Assembly: GCA_964016885.1 (NCBI GenBank)
Contig: OZ024741.1
Coordinates: 250,604,001 to 250,668,000 of the forward strand
From: Eledone cirrhosa
Taxonomy: Eukaryota
Direction of reading: 5' to 3'
DNA length: 64,000 bases
Part shown: in pieces, positions 1-10,614 of the stretch
Position numbering within the stretch: position 1 is the first letter of the stretch
Layout of the letters: the number at the start of each line of letters is the position of its first letter
The notes under the pieces: generated by a model
Databases searched by the model: none
The model's input: only the letters and a program-made list of their open reading frames with translations
Told to the model about the DNA's origin: nothing
Translations under genes and position numbers: made by a program

Positions 1-215
1 AACAAACCAATTAAAACGCCATTAAAACGCCACAAAACACAATAAAATGTCATAAAAACGCCATTAAAACATCACAAAAAGCCCAATTAAAAAACCATTA
101 ATAATGTCATTAAAAATTCCATAAAAATCCATTAAAAACTCCACTAAAAGCCCATTAAAAAGTTCATTAAAAGCCACATTATAAATTTCATAAAAAACAA
201 TTGAAAACCCCATTA

Positions 216-3200
216 TTTATGAGCCTTTTTTTATGAGTTTTTAATAGCGTTTTAATTCAGTTTTTAATTGCGTTTAAAATTGGGTTTTAATGGCTTTTTA
301 ATGGTGTTTTAATGGGATTTTCGATGGTGTTTAATGGGTTTTTATGGAGTTTTTAATTGGGTTTTCAATGGTGTTGTTTATGAGTTTTTAAATGGGTTTT
401 TAATGGAATTTTTGATTGCGTTTTTAATGAAATTTTTAATAGATTCAAGGATGTTTTAATGGAGTTTTTAATGGTCTTTTTAATGGCGTTTTAATTGTGT
501 TTTTATGGTGTTTAAATGCGTTTTAATGATTTTTAATTGGGTTTTTAATGGAGTATTTTTAATGAGCTCTTAATGGATTTTTCAATTGGATACTTAATGG
601 GTTTTAATGGAATTTATAATAAGGGTTCTAATTGACTTTAAATATGATTTTTATGGAGTTTTTAATGAAATTTCTAATGGTGTTTTTAATTGCGTTTCCC
701 CCCGTGAGGGTTTTAATGGCATTTTAAATGACATTTTAATGAGTTTTTATGATGTTTTAATGGCGTTGTAATTGTTTTTTATTGGGTTTTTAATATAATT
801 TTGTATGAGCTTTTAATGGGGGTTTTCAATGTTGTTTTTAATGGAATTTTAATGGGGGTTTGATAAAAAAAATTAATTGTTTTTAATTTAATTTTTAATG
901 CGTTTTTGATGGTGTTTAAGTGCGTTCATGATGATCTTTTTAATGGATTTTTAATGGGGTTTTAATTGAATTTTTAATGGTGTTTTCAATGTAATTTTTA
1001 ATGATAGTTTAATGGTGTTTTAATGACGTTTTAATTGTGTTTTTTATGGTGTTTTAGTGACGTTTAAATAGGATTTTTAATTGGTTTTTTAATTGAGTAT
1101 TTATATGAGTTTTCACTGGTGTTTTTAATGGGTTTTTCAATATTGCATTTAATGAAATTTTTAATATGGTTTCAAATGGAATTTTTAATGTGTTTTTAAT
1201 TGGGTTTCTAGTGACGTTTTTAATGGTACTTTAAATGACGTTTTAATGACTTTTATGGCGTTTTAATGGGTTTTTTAATTGGGTTTTTAATGTAGTTTTT
1301 TAAAAGATCTTTACTTGGGATTTTATGGGTTTTCAATGCGGTTTTTAATGGTATATTAATGGAGTTTTTGGTGTGGTTGTTAATGGTATTAGTGACATTT
1401 TAATGTGTTTTTAATGGTGTTTTAAGCGAGTTTCTGATTTAGTTTAAATTTAAATATTTGATGGTCCTTCTAATGGGCTTTAATGGATGTGTAATGTGTT
1501 TAATGCAATTTTAATGGGGTTTAATGGGGGTAGTAGGTTTCAATGGGTTTTAATGGAGTTTTAATGGCTAGTGCTCTTTTTTTTAGAGTTTTTAATGGTG
1601 TTTTTAATGGTTTTTCATTGAGCTTTTAATTGCGTTTTTAATTGCGTTTTTAATCTAGTTTTAAAATTGAGTTTTAATGGGTTTTTCAATTAGGTTTTTA
1701 ATGGATTTATAATGGTGTTTTTTACGGACCCTTTAATTTTTTATAATGGGTTTTCAATGCCGTTTTAATGGTGTTTTTTAATGGTATCCTTAATGACGCT
1801 TCGATAAGTTTCAATGTTATTTTAATGGGGTTTTGATTGATTTTTTAATGGAGTTTTTTTTAATGAACTTTTATTGGGGTTTTCAATCAGGTTTTTAACT
1901 GAATTTTTAATGTTTTTCAATTAGATTTTTTATGGAGTTTTTATGGGCTTTTTAATGAGTTTTTAATGGTGTGCTAATTGAGTTTTCAATTACCTTTTTA
2001 ATTGAGTATAAAATCGAGTTTTTACTAAGTTTTTAATGAATTTTAATGGAATTTTAATGGGGTTTCCAATGGACTTTTAATTGTGTTTTAATGGGGTTTT
2101 AAAATTGGTTTTTAGTTCATTATTCAGGGGCTTTTAATGGGGCTTAATGGGGGTTTAATGGGGGATTTAATTGAGTTTTTAATGGAGTTTAATAGAGTTT
2201 ATAATGGAGGTTTTAATGGAGTTTTTAATGAAGTTTTAATGTAGTTTTTAATGAGGTTTTTAATGACGATTTTAATGGCGTTCTTAATGGCGTTTTAATG
2301 GTATTTTATGGCATTTTAATGACGGTTGTAATGGTTTTTAATGGAGTGTTAATTGGTTATTAATTGTATTTTAATGGGTTTTATGAGCTTTTTAATGGAC
2401 TTTTTAGTGGTGTTTTTAATGGAGTTTTTAATGGGTCTTTTAATGGAATTTGCAATGTAGTTTTTAATGGTGTTTTCAATTGTATTTTTAATGACGTTTT
2501 AATGGTGTTTTTTATGGCGTTTTAATAGGATTTTTAATTGGTTTTTTAAAGGACTATTATTATGGGTTTTTTATGTAATTTTATAATGGGATTTTCAGTA
2601 GGGTTTTTAATTGGATTTTTAATGGAGTTTATAATATGGTTTTTAATTGGATTTTTAAAGAATTTATAATTGCGGTTTTAATATAGTGTTTAATGGAGTA
2701 TTTAATTGGTTTTTAATGGTAATTTTAATGGAGTGTTTAATGTATTTTTAATGGGATTTTAATGTTTTTAATGGTATTTTAAATGCTGTTTTAATGTTTC
2801 TTTTATGGCCTTTTAATTGGGTTTTTGATTGAGTTTTTAATGGATTTTTTTTAACGAGAATTATGAAGTTTAATGGGTTTACAGTGTGTTTTAAATGAAG
2901 TTTTTGATAATATTTTTAATGGAATTTTAATGGCGGTTATGGATTTTAATGGGTTCTGGTGGTATTTTTGTGGGTTTTAATGGGGTGTTAAATGGTTTTA
3001 ATGTTGTTTTACTTGCGCTTTCGATTACGTTTACAATTAAGTTTTTACTGTTTTTAATTGGATTTTTAATGGATTTTAATGTGGTTTTTAATGGAATTTT
3101 AATGGTGTTTTAATATAGTTTTTAATGGGTTTCGGATGTAGCTTTTAATGGTGGTTTAGTGTGCTTTTTATTGGGTTTTTAATGAGTTTTTATGAGCTTT

Positions 3201-3223
3201 TCAATGGAGTTTTTAATGGTGTT
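216..3223 (+). repeat. Degenerate 11-12 bp satellite, TTTT(T)AATGGnn orientation (unit 1; repeated in every unit)
   Basis: Continuous variants such as GGAGTTTTTAAT, GGGTTTTAAT, GGTGTTTTAAT and GACGTTTTAAT; strongly G/T-skewed strand. Confidence 0.92.
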
Positions 3224-3358
3224 TATATATATATATATATACATACATATATATGTATATATATATATTTACACATATATATGTGTATATATATATGTGT
3301 ATATATATATTTACACATATATATGTGTATATATATATTTACACATATATATGTGTAT

Positions 3359-3406
<48 letters not shown>

Positions 3407-3407
3407 T

Positions 3408-3475
<68 letters not shown>

Positions 3476-3606
3476 TATATATATATATATATATATTAAA
3501 TATATATATATATATATATATATTAAATATATATATATATATATATATACTAAATATATATATATATATATATATATATTAAATATATATATATATATAT
3601 ATATAT

Positions 3607-3656
<50 letters not shown>
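3224..3656. repeat. Compound (TA)n microsatellite: TACACATATATATGTGTA modules, then (TA)n runs punctuated by TTAAA (unit 1; length varies between units)
   Basis: Read directly. Equivalents at ~9347-9860, 15653-16156, 21950-22453, 27845-28263, 33934-34305, 40023-40406, 46007-46417, 52107-52573 and 60452-60831. Confidence 0.95.
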
Positions 3657-3659
<3 letters not shown>

Positions 3660-3858
3660 CACTTTCATGTTACACACTATATATAAACTGGGATTTATAT
3701 TTTGCGTTAGTGCCATATTAAGCTGACAACGATATATTCGTATCTTAAAAAATATTTTTTTTAGATCACATTGTTCTAGATATTATTAAAATTATTAAAT
3801 CTATTTTCAATTTGCACGAACACTTGCATATACTACATACATACATTTATATAGACAC

Positions 3859-4252
3859 TAACACAAATATTAGCATATACATAATTTCTTAGTCATTGAG
3901 GATGTGTTTTTATACATACATATGCATATTGCATACATACATACATACACACATACAAGCATATACATAGACATACACACACACATATATACACACACTG
4001 TATATATATATATACATACACACACACACACACATATATATACACACACACACTATATATATATATAGTGTGTGGTGTATATATATATATGTGTGTGTGT
4101 GTATGTATATATATACAGTGTGTGTATATATATGTGTGTGTATGTGTATGTATATGCTTGTATGTGTGTATGTATGGATGCAATATGCATATGTATGTAT
4201 AAAAAACACATCCTCAATTACTAAGAAAATATGTATATGGTAATATTTGTGT

Positions 4253-4254
<2 letters not shown>
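3859..4254. repeat. ~395 bp imperfect palindrome (foldback), unit 1
   Basis: Left arm TAACACAAATATTAGCATATACATAATTTCTTAGTCATTGAGGATGTGTTTTTATACATAC... pairs with right arm ...GTATGTATAAAAAACACATCCTCAATTACTAAGAAAATATGTATATGGTAATATTTGTGTTA. The centre is CACACACTATATATATATATAGTGTGTG (4047-4074), with no spacer. Confidence 0.92.
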
Positions 4255-4284
<30 letters not shown>

Positions 4285-4345
4285 CGCACACACTATATAT
4301 ATATATATATACATACACACTATATATATATATATACACACACAC

Positions 4346-4394
<49 letters not shown>

Positions 4395-5040
4395 AATCCC
4401 ATTAAAAACCACATTAAAAATTCAGTTAAAAATCTATTTTGAAAAACCCATTAAAAACCCCATTATAAGCTCATAAAACACTCCATTAAAACCCCAACCA
4501 AACCCCCCATTAAAACACAATTAAAACATCATTAAGAATGCCAATAAAAGCGCCATTAAAAACCACATTGGAAACCCATAAAAACCCAATTAAAACAAAA
4601 TTAAAGTTTCCATTAAAAGTCCCCATTAAAACTCCATTAAAACCCCCATTAACCCCCCCTCGAAAAGACATTAAAACCTCAAATTTAAACCGAAATAAAA
4701 ACTCAATAAAAACGCAATTAAAAACTCAATTAAAACACCATTAAAAACACAATTAAAAGCCCATTAAACCAATTAAAATTGCATTAACACACCACTAAGG
4801 TTCCATTGGAAAACCATTAAAAATGTCATTAAAAACTACACTGAAAACCCATTAAACCCCTATTAAAAGCGCACCCAAAACTTTATAAAAAACCAAATAA
4901 AACCCCATTAAAATACCATTAAAACGGCATAAAACACCATTAAAACTACATTAAAACTCAATTAAAAATTCCATTTAAATCTCCATTATAAACTCAATTA
5001 AAACTCCATTAAAACTCAATTAAAAACTCCATTAAAAACA
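4395..5040 (-). repeat. Degenerate 11-12 bp satellite in inverted orientation (CCATTAAAA), unit 1; resumes at ~5615-6077
   Basis: ACTCCATTAAAA, ACCCATTAAAA and ACTCAATTAAAA variants are reverse complements of the monomers at 216-3223. Confidence 0.9.
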
Positions 5041-5149
5041 CACACACATGAAGTTACATGCTGGCTTGCACACTTATAGCGATTGCTATTTCCTTTTAAT
5101 TTCATTAAAACTAGGATGTTTTAGAAAGATAAAAACAAAACTGAATAAT

Positions 5150-5279
5150 GAAGAGACTAGGGAGGGGTAAAGAAAGGCAGATCAGGCTGTAGAGGACAGT
5201 AGGGGGAGAAGAGGGAAGAGACTTGGGAGGGGTAAAGAAAGGCAGATCTGGCTGTAGAGGACAGTAGGGGGAGAAGAGG
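5150..5279 (+). repeat. Purine-rich 65 bp direct repeat x2 (unit 1)
   Basis: GAAGAGACTAGGGAGGGGTAAAGAAAGGCAGATCAGGCTGTAGAGGACAGTAGGGGGAGAAGAGG at 5150 and again at 5215 with two A>T differences. Copies start at 11350, 17647, 23937, 29752, 35803, 41799, 47911, 54062 and 62327. Confidence 0.93.
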
Positions 5280-5285
5280 GAGAAA

Positions 5286-5335
5286 TAAACTAAATTATAA
5301 ACTAAGTTATAAACTAAATTATAAACTAAATTAAA
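5286..5335 (+). repeat. 12 bp minisatellite (TAAACTAAATTA) x~4
   Basis: TAAACTAAATTA TAAACTAAGTTA TAAACTAAATTA TAAACTAAATTA; one copy fewer in unit 5. Confidence 0.85.
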
Positions 5336-5340
5336 AACTC

Positions 5341-5614
5341 AATAAAATAAAATAAAATAAAATAAAATAAAATAAAATAAAATAAAATAAAATAAAATAA
5401 AATAAAATAAAATAAAATAAAATAAAATAAAATAAAATAAAATAAAAAAAAATAAAATAAAATAAAATAAAAAAAACTAAAAAATATAAATAAAATAAAA
5501 TAAAATAAATAAAATAAAATAAAATAAAATAAAATAAAATAAATAAAAATAAAATAAAATAAAAAAAAATAAAAAAATATTAAATATAAAAAATAAATAA
5601 AATAAAATAAAATA
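5341..5614 (+). repeat. (AAAAT)n pentanucleotide microsatellite, pure 5' part and degenerate 3' part (unit 1; present in every unit)
   Basis: Read directly. Equivalents at ~11541-11815, 17838-18112, 24128-24395, 29931-30214, 35994-36286, 41990-42308, 48102-48382, 54253-54585 and 62518-62842. Confidence 0.95.
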
Positions 5615-5862
5615 AGAACTCAATTAAAAACTCAGTAAAAACTCAATTAAAAACTCAATTAAAAACTCAATCGAAGCACCATTAAAACACCATTAAAAAC
5701 TCCACTATAAACCCACTAAACCCATTAAAAACCAATTAAAAATTCAATTACACATCCCATTAGAAATTTCATTAAAAACTCAATTAAAAGTTCCATTGAA
5801 AACACATTCAAAACCCATTAACCCCATATTAAAAGTTCATAAAACTCTATTAAAAACCCAAT

Positions 5863-8800
5863 AACAAACCAATTAAAACGCCATTAAAACGCCACAAAAC
5901 ACAATAAAATGTCATAAAAACGCCATTAAAACATCACAAAAAGCCCAACTAAAAAACCATTAATAATGTCATTAAAAATTCCATAAAAATCCATTAAAAA
6001 CTCCACTAAAAGCCCATTAAAAAGTTCATTAAAAGCCATATTATAAATTTCATAAAAAACAATTGAAAACCCCATTATTTATGAGCCTTTTTTATGAGTT
6101 TTTAATAGTGTTTTAATTCAGTTTTTAATTGCGTTTAAAATTGGGTTTTAATGGCTTTTTAATGGTGTTTTAATGGAATTTTAATGGGATTTTCGATGGT
6201 GTTTAATGGGTTTTTTATGGAGTTTTTAATTGGGTTTTCAATGGTGTTGTTTATGAGTTTTTAAATGGGTTTTTAATGGAATTTTTGATTGCGTTTTTAA
6301 TGAAATTTTTAATAGATTCAAGGATGTTTTAATGGAGTTTTTAATGGTCTTTTTAATGGCGTTTTAATTGTGTTTTTATGGTGTTTAAATGCGTTTTAAT
6401 GATTTTTAATTGGGTTTTTAATGGAGTATTTTTAATGAGCTCTTAATGGATTTTTCAATTGGATACTTAATGGGTTTTAATGGAATTTATAATAAGGGTT
6501 CTAATTGACTTTAAATATGATTTTTAATGGAGTTTTTAATGAAATTTCTAATGGTGTTTTTAATTGCGTTCCCCCCCGTGAGGGTTTTAATGGCATTTTA
6601 AATGACATTTTAATGAGTTTTTATGATGTTTTAATGGCGTTGTAATTGTTTTTTATTGGGTTTTTAATATAAATTTGTATGAGCTTTTAATGGGGGTTTT
6701 CAATGTTGTTTTTAATGGAGTGTTTAATGGAATTTTAATGGGGGTTTGATAAAAAAAATTAATTGCTTTTTAATTTAATTTTTAATGCGTTTTTGATGGT
6801 GTTTAAGTGCGTTCATGATGATCTTTTTAATGGATTTTTAATGGGGTTTTAATTGACTTTTTAATTGTGTTTTCAATGTAATTTTTAATGATAGTTTAAT
6901 GGTGTTTTAATGACGTTTTAATTGTGTTTTTTATGGTGTTTTAGTGACGTTTAAATAGGATTTTTAATTGGTTTTTTAATTGAGTATTTATATGAGTTTT
7001 CACTGGTGTTTTTAATGGGTTTTTCAATATTGCATTTAATGAAATTTTTAATATGGTTTCAAATGGAATTTTTAATGTGTTTTTAATTGGGTTTCTAGTG
7101 ACGTTTTTAATGGTACTTTAAATGACGTTTTAATGACTTTTATGGCGTTTTAATGGGTTTTTTAATTGGGTTTTTAATGTAGTTTTTTAAAAGATCTTTA
7201 CATGGGATTTTATGGGTTTTCAATGCGGTTTTTAATGGTATATTAATGGAGTTTTTGGTGTGGTTGTTAATGGTATTAGTGACATTTTAATGTGTTTTTA
7301 ATGGTGTTTTAAGCGAGTTTCTGATTTAGTTTAAATTTAAATATTTGATGGTCCTTCTAATGGGCTTTAATGGATGTGTAATGTGTTTAATGCAATTTTA
7401 ATGGGGTTTAATGGGGTTAGTAGGTTTCAATGTGTTTTAATGGAGTTTTAATGGCTAGTGCTCTTTTTTAAAGAGTTTTTAATGGTGTTTTTAATGGTTT
7501 TTCATTGAGCTTTTAATTGCGTTTTTAATTGCGTTTTTAATCTAGTTTAAAAATTGAGTTTTAATGGGTTTTTCAATTAGGTTTTTAATGGATTTATAAT
7601 GGTGTTTTTTACGGATCCTTTAATTTTTTATAATGGGTTTTCAATGCCGTTTTAATGGTGTTTTTTAATGGTATCCTTAATGACGCTTCGATAAGTTTCA
7701 ATGTTATTTTAATGGGGTTTTGATTGATTTTTTAATGGAGTTTTTTTAATGAACTTTTATTGGGGTTTTCAATCAGGTTTTTAACTGAATTTTTAATGTT
7801 TTTCAATTAGATTTTTTATGGAGTTTTTATGGGCTTTTTAATGAGTTTTTAATGGTGTGCTAATTGAGTTTTCAATTACCTTTTTAATTGAGTATAAAAT
7901 CGAGTTTTTACTAAGTTTTTAATGAATTTTTAATGGAATTTTAATGGGGGTTTCCAATGGACTTTTAATTGTGTTTTAATGGGGTTTTAAAATTGGTTTT
8001 TAGTTGCATTTTTCAGGGGCTTTTAATGGGGCTTAATGGGGGTTTAATGGGGGATTTAATTGAGTTTTTAATGGAGTTTAATAGAGTTTATAATGGAGGT
8101 TTTAATGGAGTTTTTAATGAAGTTTTAATGTAGTTTTTAATGAGGTTTTTAATGACGATTTTAATGGCGTTCTTAATGGCGTTTTAATGGTATTTTATGG
8201 CATTTTAATGACGGTTGTAATGGTTTTTAATGGAGTGTTAATTGGTTATTAATTGTATTTTAATGGGTTTTATGAGCTTTTTAATGGGTTTTTTAGTGAT
8301 GTTTTTAATGGAGTTTTTAATGGGTCTTTTAATGGAATTTGCAATGTATTTTTTAATGGTGTTTTCAATTGTATTTTTAATGACGTTTTAATGGTGTTTT
8401 TTATGGCGTTTTAATAGGATTTTTAATTTGTTTTTTAAAGGACTATTATTATGGGTTTTTTATGTAATTTTATAATGGGATTTTCAGTAGGGTTTTTAAT
8501 TGGATTTTTAATGGAGTTTATAATATGGTCTTTAATTGGATTTTAAAGAATTTATAATTGCGGTTTTAATATAGTGTTTAATGGAGTATTTAATTGGTTT
8601 TTAATGGTAATTTTAATGGAGTGTTTAATGTGTTTTTAATGGGGGAGGAGGGGGGTAAAATGCAGTTTTTAATTGAGTTATCAATGGAGTTTTAATGACA
8701 TTTTTAATGACGTTTTAATAGCGTTTTATGACGTTTTAATGACGTTTTAATGGTTTTTTAATTGGGTTTTGGGAGTTTTTATGAGCTTCTAATTAGGTTT

Positions 8801-9480
8801 TAAATGGGGTTTTCAATGAGGTTTTTAGTGGAATTTTTAATGGGCCTTTAATGTATTTTTAATGGATTTTAATGTTTTTTATGGCGTTTTTAATGGTATT
8901 TTAAATGCTGTTTTAATGTTTCTTTTATGGCCTTTTAATTGGGTTTTTGATTGAGTTTTTAATGGATTTTTTTTAACGAGAATTATGAAGTTTAATGGGT
9001 TTCGAGTGTGTTTTAAATGAAGTTTTTGATAATATTTTTAATGGAATTTTAATGGCGGTTATGGGATTTTAATGGGTTCTGGTGGTATTTTTGTGGGTTT
9101 TAATGGGGTGTTAAATGGTTTTAATGTTGTTTTACTTGCGCTTTCGATTACGTTTACAATTAAGTTTTTACTGTTTTTAATTGGATTTTTAATGGATTTT
9201 AATGTGGTTTTTAATGGAATTTTAATGGTGTTTTAATATAGTTTTTAATGGGTTTCGGATGTAGCTTTTAATGGTGGTTTAGTGTGCTTTTTATTGGGTT
9301 TTTAATGAGTTTTTATGAGCTTTTCAATGGAGTTTTTAATGGTGTTTATATATATATATATATACATACATATATATGTATATATATATTTACACATATA
9401 TATGTGTATATATATATGTGTATATATATATTTACACATATATATGTGTATATATATATTTACACATATATATGTGTATT

Positions 9481-9518
<38 letters not shown>

Positions 9519-9519
9519 T

Positions 9520-9562
<43 letters not shown>

Positions 9563-9660
9563 TATATATATATATATATATATATATTAAATATATATAT
9601 ATATACATATATTAAATATATATATATATATATATTAAATATATATATATATATATATAT

Positions 9661-9701
<41 letters not shown>

Positions 9702-9724
9702 TATATATATATATATATATATAT

Positions 9725-9759
<35 letters not shown>

Positions 9760-9813
9760 CATATATATATATATATATATATATATTAAATATATATATA
9801 TATATATATATAT

Positions 9814-9862
<49 letters not shown>

Positions 9863-10452
9863 CACTTTCATGTTACACACTATATATAAACTGGGATTTA
9901 TATTTTGCGTTAGTGCCATATTAAGCTGACAACGATATATTCGTATCTTAAAAAATATTTTTTTTAGATCACATTGTTCTAGATATTATTAAAATTATTA
10001 AATCTATTTTCAATTTGCACGAACACTTGCATATACTACATACATACATTTATATAGACACTAACACAAATATTAGCATATACATAATTTCTTAGTCATT
10101 GAGGATGTGTTTTTTATACATACATATGCATATTGCATACATACATACATACACACATACAAGCATATACATAGACATACACACACACATATATACACAC
10201 ACTGTATATATATATATACATACACACACACATATATATATACACACACACACTATATATATATATAGTGTGTGGTGTATATATATATATGTGTGTGTGT
10301 GTATGTATATATATACAGTGTGTGTATATATATGTGTGTGTATGTGTATGTATATGCTTGTATGTGTGTATGTATGGATGCAATATGCATATGTATGTAT
10401 AAAAAACACATCCTCAATTACTAAGAAAATATGTATATGCTAATATTTGTGT

Positions 10453-10484
<32 letters not shown>

Positions 10485-10547
10485 CGCACACACTATATAT
10501 ATATATATATATACATACACACTATATATATATATATACACACACAC

Positions 10548-10614
<67 letters not shown>

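Larger units (their letters stand above)
1..5862 (+). repeat. Macrosatellite unit 1 (5862 bp; lacks a ~225 bp satellite segment near 2740)
   Basis: Anchor-to-anchor distance. The GGGGGAGGAGGGGG-containing segment seen at ~8625-8850 in unit 2 is absent. Confidence 0.93.

Noticed and set aside
216-3223. Telomeric repeat array
   Set aside because: G/T skew resembles telomeres, but monomers are highly degenerate, 11-12 bp, occur in both orientations and match no canonical TTAGGG/TTAGG repeat.
3161-4209. ORFs rich in IY/HT/CV dipeptides (and equivalents in every unit)
   Set aside because: They are translations of (TA)n, (CA)n and (TG)n microsatellites. Frames and lengths change from unit to unit with repeat slippage.
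4538-4744. MPIKAPLKTT... ORF (also 35187, 61711)
   Set aside because: Translation of CCATTAAAA satellite; broken by poly-C length changes in most units.
5048-5170. 40-codon ORF MKLHAGLHTYSDCYFLLISLKLGCFRKIKTKLNNEETREG in the conserved island
   Set aside because: Too short and with no recognisable motif. Its retention is explained by overall unit identity; it would need Ribo-seq or RNA-seq support.
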